Position numbers and translations under genes: made by a program. A stretch of DNA of 64,000 nt from Octopus sinensis. Taxonomy: Eukaryota. This document shows, piece by piece, positions 1 to 14,092 of the stretch (positions are counted from its first letter, which is position 1; the number at the start of each line of letters is the position of its first letter). The notes beneath the pieces were generated by a model. The model worked only from the letters and a program-made list of their open reading frames with translations. It searched no databases and was not told the origin of the DNA. The stretch is taken from assembly GCF_006345805.1 (NCBI RefSeq), contig NC_042997.1, positions 26,722,001 to 26,786,000 on the forward strand, read 5' to 3'.

Positions 1-445
1 CTGAGGTCTTCTGATTAATATTCTTAATTTGTAATATTGCTTGAGAGGCTGTTTTTAATTATCAAGTGAAAGTTCTTACTGTTGTTATTTAATACCATCT
101 CGGCCGGAGAAAGAAAATCTTACCACGAAGTGTGTGTAGGGAGTTTTATTTTATGAGTGTAGGTATGTATGTCTGTGAGCTGGTGCACATGCATATTTGT
201 TTGTATTGGACCTCTGTGAAAAATGGAAAGGCTAAATATAGATTATGAACGAAGTGAAGCCTAAGTTTTAAAGAAATAATTAAGCACACATGCACGCGCG
301 CGCTCACACACACATACGCGCACAAATATACTCTCACAAACACTCGGACCATCACTTAAAAACATGCATAATCACGTGGGTGTACGTACGCATACATATA
401 CAGTGCCTCGCAAACACATTAAGAATTTATTTTCGTGCTGGTTTT

Positions 446-637
446 AGCTCGTGGCAGAATCGTTAACAAAACCGGCAAAAATTATTTGCGGCATTTCGTA
501 CATTATCGTTACGTTCGGAGTTCAAATTCTGCCGGGGTTAACTGTATCTTTCATCCTTCTGGATTCGATATTATAAATACCAATCGAACAAACCACTTCC
601 CTTGAAATTGCTGGCTTTTTGTCAAAATTTGAAACCA
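446..637 (+). mobile_element. Degenerate SINE, family A (tail variant 2)
   Basis: Diverged match to the family-A body (ggcagaatcgtta...gagttcaaattc...tttcatcctt) ending aaattgctggc...aaaatttgaaacca. Confidence 0.65.
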
Positions 638-1544
638 TTATGAGCAACGGGCTCGATAGATTTAAACATAGTAAAGCGAATCACGTGGAATTTACATTTA
701 TAATATCATATTATGCAAACGAAGAGACACTCAAAAATAAGTATGTGTGTGAAGGAGTGTGCATTTGTGAGTTCTCTAAATATAAGAGGAAATTTCCGCA
801 AGACTGCGTTAAAATTTGAAGAAGTTTGACAATAAGATACGTTTTATCGCGTTTGAAGTGTGCACCACATTTAAAGTAACCTCTTCGCTTCTACGATAAA
901 AGATTTCGTCCTCGCTGTAGCAGCCATATTGGCGATGTGCTAAAAACGTTGCATAATTACACACACACACACACATAGACACACATACATACATATGAAA
1001 ATATAAACCATTTCAGCTACTTGGTTACGTAATATTTAATGTATTATTTCCTTTCCTTTCTAAGGCCTTGTTATTTTCGCAGATTTTATAGAAACAATTA
1101 AGATAATAAAACACTTTCCATGTTATTCAAACGTACTTATATTTTCTTCTTCTGTCGAAGATGGCGGCGAGAGTGTCTTTTTTATCACGGTACCATTTCA
1201 TTTAGAATATCGGAAACGAAATGCTTGTGTAGAAGATTAAAAAAAAAAAAAGATCGATTATTAATTTTTGCAGCCTTTTTTTTTTTATTATTAACCCCGA
1301 TATTTTTTTCACTTGAATAATAATACCGCTTAAGTATTTCAGAGTAATTTCGAAATCGCATGTTTATGTTTTAATCTACTTGTTATAGTTGTTTTTAGTT
1401 TTTTCATTAAGTCATTATAATTTTATTAATATTTAGTAATGTTGTGATTAGGATATCGACAAACAAATGTGATCAAATGAAATTGGAATTCTTTGAAGTG
1501 ATACACGCTTTACAAACATACATACGTAGAAGAAGTACAACCGT

Positions 1545-1563
1545 AAAGAACAAGAACAAGAAC

Positions 1564-1595
<32 letters not shown>

Positions 1596-1700
1596 TTTCT
1601 GTGGTGGTGGTGGTGGTGGTGGTGGAAATGATGATGGTGGAGATGGTGGTGGTTTTGGTTGTGGTGGTGGTGGCGGCTTTGGCGATAATGTTGGAATGAC
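1545..1700. repeat. Compound microsatellite (AAGAAC)n-(AGT)n-(GGT)n
   Basis: Directly visible; source of the poly-H/P/T/Y ORFs in the track. Confidence 0.9.
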
Positions 1701-2061
1701 GAAACTGAGAAATATGAAAGGCAAATAAAGCAATACCCGATAAAGCGAAGCAAAGAAAAAAATATAAGACAAATCGCATTTTAAAAATCCATGATTTCAA
1801 AGAAGATTCTTTGGAAACACCAATTAAAAATATACTGTTTATGAATGGACGCACACACACACACACACACCACACACACACACACACGCACGCACGCACA
1901 CACACATGCATGTGTGTTTGTTTGCGTGAGTGTGTGTGTGTGTGTGCTCCACATAGCTGATTCATTACGATAATCGTCAAACAGTTCTAGAATATCAGCC
2001 ACTCGTTTGCCACCAGTGTCTTGCCGTCTGTCTAAGACCGTACTACTTTGTTTTTAATACC

Positions 2062-2292
2062 TATTTCTTTATTACCCACAAGGGGCTAAACACAGAGGGG
2101 ACAAACAAGGACAGACATAGGTATTAAGTCGATTACATCGACCCCAGTACGTAACTGGTACTTAATTTATCTACCCCGAAAGGATGAAAGGCAAAGTCGA
2201 CCTCGGCGGAATTCGAACACACAACGTAAAGCAGACGAAATACCGCTAAGCATTTCGCCCGGTGTGCTAACGTTTCTGCCAGCTCGCCGCCT
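2062..2292 (-). mobile_element. Full-length SINE family A (tail variant 1)
   Basis: Reverse complement reads aggcggcgagctggcagaaacgttagcac...tgggtaataaagaaata, matching copies at 24662, 54641 and 57730. Confidence 0.9.
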
Positions 2293-2584
2293 AATACCCC
2301 GGGTACAAACCTGTAGCAAGGTACAAAAGCTCATACTGTTAATAACTTGAGACAGGAAAAATATTAAAAATTTGGAATGCTCTTTCCAATTTAAGCTGCT
2401 AAACTTGAACTACTTTCGCTAGTCATAAATTTAGACAAAGGTATATATGACACCTGCTCAAAGTGCCCTGCGATTGGAGTATATCTGACAATACGTAATT
2501 GGGACAAGTGCATCTTCACCTCATGGTTATACCTACACCGATAGTATATCTATGTATTTACGATGGCACGTTATTTTACGATGA

Positions 2585-2995
2585 AGGCGGCGAGCTGGCA
2601 GAAACGTTAGCACGCCGGGCGAAATGCGCAGCCGTATTTCGTCTGCCGTTACGTTCTGAGTTCAAATTCCGCCGAGGTTTACTTTGCCTTTCATCATTTC
2701 GGGGTCAATAAATTAAGTACCAGTTACGCACTGGGGTCGATGTAATCTGTTTGTCTGTCCTTGCTTGTCCCTTCTGTGTTTAGCCCCTTGTGGATAGTAA
2801 AGAAATAGGTATTTCGTCTGCCGTTACGTCCTGAGTTCAAATCCCGCTGAGGTCGACTTTGCCTTTTATCCTTTCGGGGTCGATTAAATAAGTACCAGTT
2901 ACGCATCGGGGTCGATATAATCGACTTAATCCGATTGTCTGTCCTTGTTTGTCCCCTCTGTGTGTTGCTCCTTGTGGGCTGTAAAGAAATAAGAA
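2585..2995 (+). mobile_element. SINE-A head-to-tail dimer with 17-bp TSD
   Basis: Full monomer plus 5'-truncated monomer joined at AAAGAAATA|GGTATTTCG (2807/2808); acgttattttacgatga at 2568-2584 and 2996-3012. Confidence 0.9.
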
Positions 2996-4440
2996 ACGTT
3001 ATTTTACGATGAGATTTGATGCCTAGAATAAGAAAGAATGATCGAATACTTAAAGATATATGTTACTGAACAATTATTATTCAGTTATTCGTACAGAATA
3101 TATTTCTCAATTGAGTTTGAAAACATTTTCAAGATTATGTAATTTATGTGAACATATATAGCAGAGATTATCAAGAGTTTCGTACTACGAAGGCATATTC
3201 GGTGCCTTTATTTTTTTCCTTTTCCTTTTTCTTTTTTGTAATGAGAAACAAATTTAGCATCTTCATCAAACGTCTTACTGATAGATATCTGCTGATATAT
3301 AAAACTCTGTCATATAGTAGTTAGGTTTAAAGATTAGTGCTGGAGAAAATTACATAATACTCAAGCAATTCATATGGAAAGTATAACTAGCGTTGCTCTA
3401 TGGTAAAGCTTTACAAGCATATTTCTCTACATAACATTTGTTAATGTCCATTAAAAAATCTAATATGTAAAGCTTAGGAAATATTTTACATACATCACTT
3501 CATGTAGCGAAAATGTAAATTATAATTGCTTCTATTTGCATTTTAATATTGTTTCCCTCCTTTATATAGCTCTCTTTCCTCCTTATATATGGGTATTAAT
3601 ACAAGTATATATGTGCGTGTGTGTGTTTGTGAGTGTTTATGTGTGTGTATGTAAGTATGTCTGCATGTATGTATATGTATATGTCATTATAGTTTCTTAG
3701 GGTTTCCGCATGTGTGCACTGACTAGCTGTTGGAACATCCGATACGATTGTATCAGAATCCCAACCAGAATATTTTTAAGAGGCTTGCCAATTCGAGATG
3801 TATGTATGTATGTATGTATGTATGTATGTATGTATATGAATGCATTCGTATACTGCTGAAAGAGATGCCAGGGGCAGAATTAAAGATATTTGTACAAACA
3901 GTAAGGGGAAAATTAGCGCACCGGAAATATCTTCAAATAATTTCCGGTACGTCGAGTTTCACTATGTTTAGTAACATATTTCGTCCGTATTTTTGTGATG
4001 ATGTTATCGTTCTGAATATTTTGTAGTATTTATTAAGAAATGCTGTAAGCACTTTTTTTTCCTTGGTGTCCAATTTACTACTTTTATACGTAGTGTTTCT
4101 GAAATTTAATACTGATTTGTGTTCGAGAAAATAGTTAAATGCATCAAATGGAGTGGGTTGAAGAACACTAAGTAAGAAACTTAATCATGCAAGAGAAACA
4201 TTTATATGAATAGTAAACAGTGGAGTGTTAATCTGAAATTATGTATATATATATATATATATATATAGTTATCCGTAATAATGAAGGGTGAAATTAATTA
4301 CCTGTTTGTGTCTGCCTTCCAATTGCTGTTTTTACTGAGATCTCCCTTTTTAGTAGAAGAAATAGCTATAACTCTTTGACTGCTATTTCTAAATTCGGTA
4401 TGTGGTAAGGCAATTCGTTGCTAAACCCTTTATTGCTTAG

Positions 4441-4497
<57 letters not shown>

Positions 4498-5299
4498 GAT
4501 TAATTCAGTCATAACGTATAATAATAAGAACACAGTATACAAGTAGATATGCTTTAGAGTAAAGCGGAATATGAAATGAATAACAAAGAATAGAGGAATT
4601 AAGTAATAAAATGCATTAGCATACGGCTATTCCTGCTATAGGAAGTAGTGCACTTAGAGATAGTGATTGTGAAACATCTTAATCTTAACAATTTATAGAT
4701 ACCTCGAAGCCCTTTATATATATATATATATATATTATATTAAATTAGAGATAAAACCACTATTAGGCAAATCAAACAATGAAAAAAAACCATAAGCCAA
4801 TACATAAAATTAATTAATTTATATTATTTTAAATATATATCAAAAGTATTAAAAGTTTAATAAAAGATAATTTAAAATAATATAATATTTTACTATAAAA
4901 TTGGATTTAATCCTAAATCTGATTTTTCCCTGTAAGTTTGGATTTATTCCCTAATATTTTATTATTATTAATTATATATATATATAAGGGTGTTCGCGAT
5001 TAATTTTGGGAACAGCTTCATGCATTGGTGAACTATCAGCTGCGGTGGAGAGCATAAAGTTTTAAACTGTAGTGGCGAAAAAAAAATGTTCGCTGGTATG
5101 GAATACTAGAAGCCATCTAAATATTACAAAAGAATAACCTCTATCATGATGATACGCACTGGGTCCCAAAATGCTGACATCATGACTAATACTCACTGAT
5201 CTATGATCTCCATAGATGCTGTAACACGTTATAAGGACAACCGCGAAGTAGACTGCGGAACCGTGGCCATCAGAAAGGTAGTCAGCAAACAGTCAGGTT

Positions 5300-5721
5300 G
5301 CGTGCGCATGCCGGAATTCAGCCTCATATATTTGATCAGGTCCTTAGGCTCAATTCCAACGGTTATGTAAAGTTCCTGGAGGCTGTGGTCAATCCCTGCC
5401 TGGAGGGTGTGGCTGCTAGAAGGCCATAAATGTGGCAGCAGGATTCGGGGCTTTGCTATACTTCTAGAAAAAGATACGTACGACCACGCTAATTCTAATT
5501 TCTGACCTAGTTCCCCTACTTTAATTTAATTGATTATTCCATTATGCAGACCGCGAACGGAAAATATATCAATCACTCTGCTTCCAAATCAGTGGCCTAG
5601 CTGGTCAAGATCAAGAAGGCATTCGAAGATCTTCCTTGGGACACTAATGAAGAACGCATGCACCAGTTTCTGGAGCCGTCTTGAAGTCATACATGAATTT
5701 GTGGAAGGTTACTTTGAATAA
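5300..5721 (+). pseudogene. Tc1/mariner-superfamily DD37D (maT)-type transposase remnant, catalytic and C-terminal part
   Basis: Manual translation from 5322: PHIFDQVLRLNSNGYVKFLEAVVNPCLEGVAARRP*MWQQDSGLCYTSRK, then NF*PSSP..IDYS, then NACTSFWSRLEVIHEFVEGYFE*. Resembles the WQQDSAPCHTS, WPPSSPDLNPLDY and C-terminal motifs of DD37D transposases; stops and frameshifts present. Confidence 0.7.
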
Positions 5722-7200
5722 ATTGATTTCTGGCAGAGTGACTTGCGTCATGGTGCTGTCTTTCACACCAAGGATGCCCAAATGACCATACTATACTGCG
5801 CAGTCGACAAAATAAGAATAAAAAACAGTACACACGCACAAAAGTAAAAATATAAAATTGCGACATTTTACCTATCATACCATGTATATAAATATACGTG
5901 TGTGTGTAGAGGTTTGTGTACATGTTTAGAGTATATTATCTCAACACAATATTGAATACGTGTATTATTTGTGTATATATATATATGTATATATATATAT
6001 ATACACACACATACATATGAGAGAAAGAGAGAAAGGGAGAGAGAGAGAGAGAGAAAGGGAGAGAGAGAAAGAAAGAGAGAAAAAGAGAGAGAGATAAATA
6101 ATTTTTCTAAGATAAATACTGCTATGAGCTATAAAAAATATTTGTACCTCCTTGGAATATATAAGGGTTGCCTAGTGCAATATAATTAAAAAATATGAAC
6201 CTCATAATTATGCTATTTTTATCCCATATGAAAATGGTCTAATTATTCATGTTCCCAAATTCACCTGCAGAACAGAATGAAGATATAAGTGTAACGCAGG
6301 TCTTTGACATTTGTATTAAGCAATGTGTACAGTTCCTTTCTTTCTTTAATAAGTTATTCATCTTCATTCTTGTTTTAAATCTGGTTTTATATCTGTGCGT
6401 TTTCCTTCACATTTCGTAGTCTGCACCGTAAAAATATGGAATTAGAAACTAAATTTACAGGCCTGTATCTCTATTTGAAACAACTAAATGTTATTCATCA
6501 TACTTACAAACGCAACAATTTGTCTGCCAACTATTTAACACAGTGATATATGGGCTTTAGGAATTCTATAGTTTCTTCAGCCGCTTAAAATAGAAAACAA
6601 GAATTGGATGTTTTAATTTAATTTTACTTACGTAATTAATGAATTAAGTGTTACTATCATGTGAATCATTTATCCGACATTTGAATAAAGAAAGTCGCTT
6701 CAAATATTCGTAACAATTGCTTGATATATCTTCATAAAATAGCGAAAAATATATCTTAGATTTTCTTTCAGAATAGAACGTTTGACAGCTTCGCCTAATT
6801 TTGGAAGTGTGAAGTGATCATGAGTAATACTCTTGTCTGTTTTTATTTATTTATTTAATTTGATAATAAATTGAAATTCTGAAAAATGCTGAGATTAATG
6901 ATATATCTGAATCAACGAAAGGAGCTACTGCGCAGTTGCTTGATGTCCTAGAAATAGCAACCAAAGTATGAGTAAATGAAACTTTATTATCTCAGAAAGG
7001 AAATGACTGGTTCTATCAAGCCGAGTAAAACGTACTAAAGTTTTGAATCATTAAATTCATCACAATACATTTCAAAAACGCGAAGATTTTATTCATCAAA
7101 GTAAGTGCTATTACAATCAACACATTTTTTGTGTTTACTCCGGTAACATAAAATCTGGAGCTCTGGAGCTGCTGAACTCTTTGAACGCACTTTCAATATC

Positions 7201-7604
7201 TATTTCTCTACTGCCCACAAGGGGCTAAATACAGAGAGGACAGACAAAGGGATTAAGTCGATTATATCGACTCCAGTGCGTAACTGGTACTTATTTAATC
7301 GACCCCAAAAGAATGAAAGGTAAAGTCGACCTCGGTGGAATTTGAACTCAGAACGTAACAGCAGACGAAATACTTATTTCTTTATTACCTACAACGGGCT
7401 AAACGCAGAGGAGACAAACAAGGACACACATAGGTATTAAGTCGATTATATCGACCCCAGTGCGTAACTGGTACTTATTTAATCGACCCCGAAAGGATGA
7501 CAGGTAAAGTCGACCTCGCCGGAATTTGAACTCAGAACGTAACAGCAGACGAGATACCGCTAAGCATTTCACCCGACGTGCTAACGATTCTGCCAGCTCG
7601 CCGC
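7201..7604 (-). mobile_element. SINE-A head-to-tail dimer with 11-bp TSD
   Basis: Two monomers with junction at about 7374/7375; ctttcaatatc at 7190-7200 and 7605-7615. Confidence 0.88.
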
Positions 7605-7763
7605 CTTTCAATATCGGTTTGATTTTATAGTGGATGAGTTCAGCAATACAACTCCAAACAATCACCATAATCATCTTTTTGAAGGGCTGGGTTTTAGGGA
7701 ATGTTTTCGGTGCTTCATTTTTGCTCAACCACTGCTAAGAACGTTTTTTTCATATTATTGTAC

Positions 7764-8157
7764 AGGCGCAGGAGTGGCTGTGTGGTAAGTAGCTTGCTAA
7801 ACAACCACATGGTTCCGGGTTCAGACCCACTGCGTGGCATCTTGGGCAAGTGTCTTCTGCTATAGCCCCGGGCCGACCAATGCCTTGTGAGTGGATTTGG
7901 TAGACGGAAACTGAAAGAAGCCTGTCGTATATATGTATGTGTGTGTGTTTGTGTCTGTGTTTGTCCTCCTAGCATTGCTTGACAACCGATGCTGGTGTGT
8001 TTACGTCCCCGTCACTTAGCGGTTCGGCAAAAGACATGGATAGAATAAGTACTGGGCTTACAAAGAATAAGTCCAGGGGTCAATTTGCTCGACTAAAGGC
8101 GGTGCTCCAGCATGGCCGCAGTCAAATGACTGAAACAAGTAAAAGAGTAAAGAGAGT
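7764..8157 (+). mobile_element. SINE family B (tRNA-like head, CORE-like ccttgggcaagtgtctt, internal TA/TG tract, CR1-like tail)
   Basis: A-box-like tggctgtgtgg, B-box-like ggttcagaccc, tail ggcggtgctccagcatggccgcagtcaaatgactgaaac(aagtaaaagag)n; multiple copies in the window. Confidence 0.9.
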
Positions 8158-8159
8158 AA

Positions 8160-8760
8160 TACACTATTCATCGCAAGTTGCAATACGGTCGAGAAATGGA
8201 TCGCTCTTCTTACGGAGAAGTAACGAGAAAATTTCATATCTACGTTTTTTCTGATTTTCATTCAGATCGTGCTGTACCCACTTGTCGAGCATTTTAAAAA
8301 TTATTTTCCGATCGCATGCACATGGTTGCAGGCAGCTTTCTCACTAACTTGAAGTTCTTTTGTCAGTTCTCAAGTGGCTTTACGAGGATCTTTCTCAATG
8401 ACGGTCTTTACTTGACCGTCATCAATGACAGATGGGCTTCTACAGCGAAATCGTTTAAGCCATTTTCGAGCTGACCACTCACTGTTCATTTCCACACCAA
8501 ACGTTTCGTTGATATTGCGTGCAGTTTCAGCAGCTTTACGTTCTGTTTTGAAGTAGAATAGCAAAATTGCTCGAATATCGCGCTTTGACAGTTACATTTC
8601 AGATGACTTTTAGAACAGTGAATAAAATATCGACATTAGTTCATTGTTGTACTTGGGTAAGTGTATGTCTGTATTAGCAGACAATTGCAAAAAGAAAAAA
8701 AAAGCTTTAAAAATTCAAAACTCTGCAAAAATCCGGTACGAATTTGTCATGGTTCAACAT
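8160..8760 (-). pseudogene. Mariner transposase remnant (N-terminal HTH to first catalytic Asp), cut off at the SINE-B
   Basis: ORF 8370-8564 MLFYFKTERKAAETARNINETFG...WLKRFR; continuing frame reads KMLDKWVQHDLNENQKKRRYEIFSLLLRKKSDPFLDRIATCDE (WVPHEL-like and TCDE motifs). Confidence 0.85.
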
Positions 8761-10350
8761 TGTTTACTTCTTAGATAATGCAGTCCAGGATATTTTTTAA
8801 TACCTATCGATATAGTATGAATGCTTTTACTGCTGCCTGGAATCAACAAGAACAATCAAGACATATTTTAATCTTCAGACATACAGAAATATATTGAACA
8901 CATTTTCAACCTTCTCTTATTCCAAGAAAACAGTTGACATTCCTGACGTCTTTCGATTCTTTGCTGAAAAATATCAGATGAATAAAATGACCTTTCTGTA
9001 TTTCGATAACTTCTGATTATAGACTGGAAACATTATTTTACATAAAACAAAAGTGGTATTAGGATTCAATCGATATGATTGACAATTTTATCATTCAAAA
9101 ATAATGTTATTTCCCATGTAACAAAATATGAATTGATAACGACTATTTCCTTTCGAAGTAATCAGGGTCTCCAGTGGAAGGTAATAGCTTCAATTGGTAG
9201 TTGAGGTTCAACTCCAGACTGTGTTTAAAGAAAGAATAGCATCAACCATCATGCATGCATCAGATAAAATATTGTATACAGTGAAAGCAGGAACACAAAA
9301 ACAAAAAACAACAGCAGTAACAACTTCATCATTATAAACATAGTCATCGTCATCGTCGTCGTCATAGTCATCATCCTCGTCATCGTCAGCAGTAGTAGTA
9401 GTTTTACCTGGGCACGCAGCAATATAGGTAAAGATATCATTAAGCTGCAGAATAACATATTTTTAAATAGCGTAGAATTGGCTGCGGTTGTAGATATAGC
9501 ATTGCTATTACATGGGTGTCAAGTTCTACCCCACAACACTTAGAGTAAGTATTTTCCTTCGTAGCCTCTGATCGACCGAATGGGGAAAGTTCTGGTGAAT
9601 GTTGGCGAAAAGCTATATGCCAATAGAAGGGACTGTTGTTGAGTGATTAACTTAAATATTTGCCCGTCTTAAACTAACACATTTTCTTTGTAGGCAAGAG
9701 AAGTCTGATCCGTTGCAAGTATCCAAATCGCAAATCCTTCATTTCACGCAACAACTTTAGGAGTTCTAAAAATGGTCATGAGTGATGCATTTACCCTTTG
9801 AATAAGCTATTAAAAGACATCCCTTATACTATGTTAGTGCAGACTCCCCAAGAGAAACAGATCTTAATCAGGCTGTTGAAGATTGATATATATAAATCTA
9901 GAAGATATAAAGCTCGGAATTTTGCCTTAAATTAGAAGAAAATGTTCACTTCCATCACATAATTAATGGGATTGAATATCACATTAATAATTTTCAAGTA
10001 AATTTGTATATAATATAAATATAAGCATAAAAATATATAGACAGCAAAATGAAATTATCCGAAAGGTACAACAATGCGACAAAGCGCATTGCGACCAGCA
10101 GCGTCCGATTGTACAGTAATATATATATATATGGGGTGAGAGAGAGAGCGAGAGAGAGAAAGAGAGAGAGAATTAGATAGATAGATAAATAGACAGGCAT
10201 AGTTTTGTATATAGATATGTATGTATGTATGTATATATCGATAGGTATGTATAATGAGGAGGAATAATTACCATAAACATTAAAAAGCAGAGCAAGTAGA
10301 ACAAGTTTTCACGAAGATACTCGTAGTCTAACGTTTGAATGAAAAATGGA

Positions 10351-10387
10351 CTTTTTGACATTTCGGACGTCTTTCCTTCATCAAAAA
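10351..10387 (-). ncRNA. Degenerate minimal hammerhead-ribozyme-like motif (Penelope-type)
   Basis: Minus strand TTT-TTGATGA-A-GGA-AAGACG-TCC-GAAAT-GTC-AAAA; two C-to-T changes from CTGATGA...GAAACGTC. Confidence 0.4.
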
Positions 10388-10878
10388 TATGAAAAGAGGA
10401 AGGCTATCGCAAAAAAGGAGGAACGATAATTCAGACATAAATTGAAGACTATATTATTTCAGAAATAATACTGATCAATTAAATCTACGCCACAGAACAT
10501 GAATGGTGTCTAAGTACATAATGCTATTGAATTCAGGGAATAAAAGAAAACAAATTTGTTTCCAGCAAGAATTGAACACAGAATGTATGCTCTAACGGTT
10601 TCGTAATACCGCTATAAAATTCATTATGTTCTCTCTAACGAATGCCTCACTAGCTTATGTGTTTCTAAGTAATTCTACTATTCCGATCTGCCTTCGCTTA
10701 ATAAAGTGATTGCATTTTCTTAAATTAAAATTCTGAAATGTTTTCAGTTTTTTTTAATCTGCGTAAATTCTTTTGAAATGAAGCAATAAAGCATTCAAAA
10801 TAGAAAAGAAAGGAATCTTCAACCTCCGAAAAATAAAAATAAATAAATCGACTAAATAATAATCACCGTCGTTGTCCT

Positions 10879-10900
10879 CTTCATCATCATCATCATCATT

Positions 10901-10952
<52 letters not shown>

Positions 10953-11330
10953 CCATTAGCTGTCGACTGCTCTACGCCGGATGAATACCAAACATCGCTA
11001 TTTCGATATTTCTCGTGCTGTTCATATTGTTACTGTTTAATTTAAGTTGGTCCAATTCTTCATATTATCCATTTACCTAATTCTTGGTTTTCATTTTCTA
11101 ATCTTACATTTCATTTTACCTTCTATTAACAGTCTTTATAAAGCAATTTTTCTAATTAATTCCTAATGGAATTTTAGCCTTCTCCTTTTGACAGTATCTA
11201 ATGAACTTTTCTTATTTCTGACTAACATCAATTTATCTGTGAGTTTATGATATTCTCCAAAGTCTATATTCCTTATACCTAAAAGGAGCTGATTTCAATT
11301 TGAAAGTACTTATATTAGTATCCCTGCAGT
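10879..11330 (-). mobile_element. RTE-clade LINE 3' remnant with (GAT)n tail
   Basis: Minus translation DTVKRRRLKFH*ELIRK...LLIEGKMKCKIRK*KPRIR*MDNMKNWT resembles the RTE C-terminus (RRRLKFFGH...EGK..G.R.RGRPR..W.DN); followed by a long (GAT)n tract. Confidence 0.7.
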
Positions 11331-11782
11331 AGAATGAGCTGCAGGTAAGATTTTAATGATATGTCTTTTTTCCTAACAATATAGCATTCTGAGGTGATTA
11401 CTGTATTTAAACGATGGAATTAATATTCAATAAGAAAAATATTTAATTGATGAATGAAATATTAGATAAGCAAAAAGTAACTGATTTTCTATAGCCTAGA
11501 ATTGAAAACGTATTTCATAAATACATTATTTCTATTTCTTTCTTCATTATTTAATACTATTTCCATATATTAAACCATGTGCGTTGCTCGTATATATTGC
11601 ATCATATTCCTAACTGCTAAGAGCAGTAAATATGAAAACCAAACATATTTACCTTTCATATGGAATCTTGTCTTTCGTTTTGAACATGATAGCAGTGATT
11701 GAAAGTAATAAGTCTGTGTAATTGAAATCAATAAAATATAACAGTCCCAATTTCTTGTAGTATCACGTACGATATACAATAT

Positions 11783-11872
<90 letters not shown>

Positions 11873-11883
11873 CATACATACAT

Positions 11884-11934
<51 letters not shown>

Positions 11935-11952
11935 GTGTGTGTGTGTGTGTGT

Positions 11953-11990
<38 letters not shown>

Positions 11991-12005
11991 CACACACATA
12001 TATAT

Positions 12006-12061
<56 letters not shown>

Positions 12062-12945
12062 ATGTTATATTTAACTACTAAATTTCACTCCGAAACTAAT
12101 TTTTCTACGTATATTGTAAAGTAGTATTAATCGATTTTGATGTTATTCTACATCAGCTCAATATACAAGATACATAAAGTTTATGTGGAATAATCTATTG
12201 AATATAATTTGCATCCAATTGAATTTATTGTTATAGTAAGCAAATAAAACGCACTTGCCTTATCTAATGTTAATATATATCTCTTATAACAATAATCTTT
12301 TAATATATTGATTTATAACAACAAATTGCAATACTGCAGATAGTCTAGTATAAGAAGATATATCCAGATTCATAAGAGGTCACTTAGAATTTATATCGCA
12401 GTGACTGCATGTTCGCTAAAGAGGTTTTCACTTTGAAAATATCGTATATGTTATCTTCCATACTTTGAAATACGCCCTATTAGCAGCACATACGACTTTC
12501 ATATTGATTTCTCGGATCTTAAATTCCAAATTTGTAAGCTGACATAAATCTTAACTGTATTTGACCAGCAATTATATCTAAACCTACGAAATTAAAGTAT
12601 ACGCTTGGAGTACATAGGTAATATAATAGTCGTTTGATTCAATCACAAAGGATTTATTCGCTCTTTCATATTAATGGATTCATGTATGGAACAATTGATG
12701 TTCTATGATAATAGGAGTTTTAAAAAATTTTAGGCAAATTCTTCGAAATTTTATTTACAGTTTCGATGGAACCAAGTTCCTGAGCTCATAGATATTAAGA
12801 ACATAAAAGATTAATCACTGATTAAATCCAGTTATATTCATAAAAGTACAAGATAATTAATGAATATTTAACTGATAGATATTCTGTAACTATAGTTATA
12901 GACACACACGAACCCACACGCACACACACACACACACACACACCA

Positions 12946-12976
<31 letters not shown>

Positions 12977-12981
12977 CACAC

Positions 12982-13013
<32 letters not shown>

Positions 13014-13045
13014 CAAACTTACACACAAACACACATACATGTATG

Positions 13046-13122
<77 letters not shown>

Positions 13123-14092
13123 GTGTGTGTGTATATGTGGCATGATATAAACCTTAATTTTTTCAGATTTTCTAGATTTAGTGTATATTTTTAAAATTTT
13201 AACTCAGAAATTCCGACAACTTAATTGCCGCCATAAGTATTATCGATAAAAGAATAGATGTGTATGGACATCATATGGTGCATGCAAAGTTAAAGCTATC
13301 AATATGGTAAACAAGCGAAAGTTCATTATATTTATGAGAGATGATTTGAAGTTTTATATCTATTAAATAGTTGCTGGTACAATGTTTTGGTCCTGTATAT
13401 GTGAAATATCAAGTAATAGTAATATAATTTTTTTGAGATTTTTCTTAGTATCCTTTGAAAGAATAATGTTTCGAAATATGTTTGATATTCATGTGAGTGT
13501 TTGCTGGGATCGCGTTTGCCTGGCTGCAATATAGAATTTGTTTTTAACACAACGCGTCTATGAAAAGATTTTCTTTAACAGACAAAAGCTTCAGGGTATA
13601 TATACGTCAAATATGGTACGGGGCAGCTTTAGTGTTCATATTGTCATTCCTTTGGAATGTAGATAAACTCCAGAACTGTTCTATTCTCAATCATGAAGAA
13701 AAGCATCGAAATCAACACTCAGTGTACATGTGATTGCTTAGTTTTCATCAATCGCACTGATAAACCCAAGACATCATCAATGAAATAGTATTATACAAAA
13801 AATAGGCATCACACAACTTACACGTTGAAAGTTGAAACAGTTGCTAGTGGACATTCTATTTTATGTTAACCTTTATGGCTATTTTATGTTAACATTCTAA
13901 GATAAAATCTAAGCTAAGAATAGTATTTAGCCTTTTAATCAAACGATAGAAAAGTAATTGACAATGTTCTGCTGGTGACATCTGTAAACTCCAAAAGGAA
14001 ATGAACTCGGATTCCCACCTATCATTGTGCAACTGTATCCTACTACAGCCTCGTGCTAATGTTTTTCCAATCAAGTATGTCAGTATATGGAT

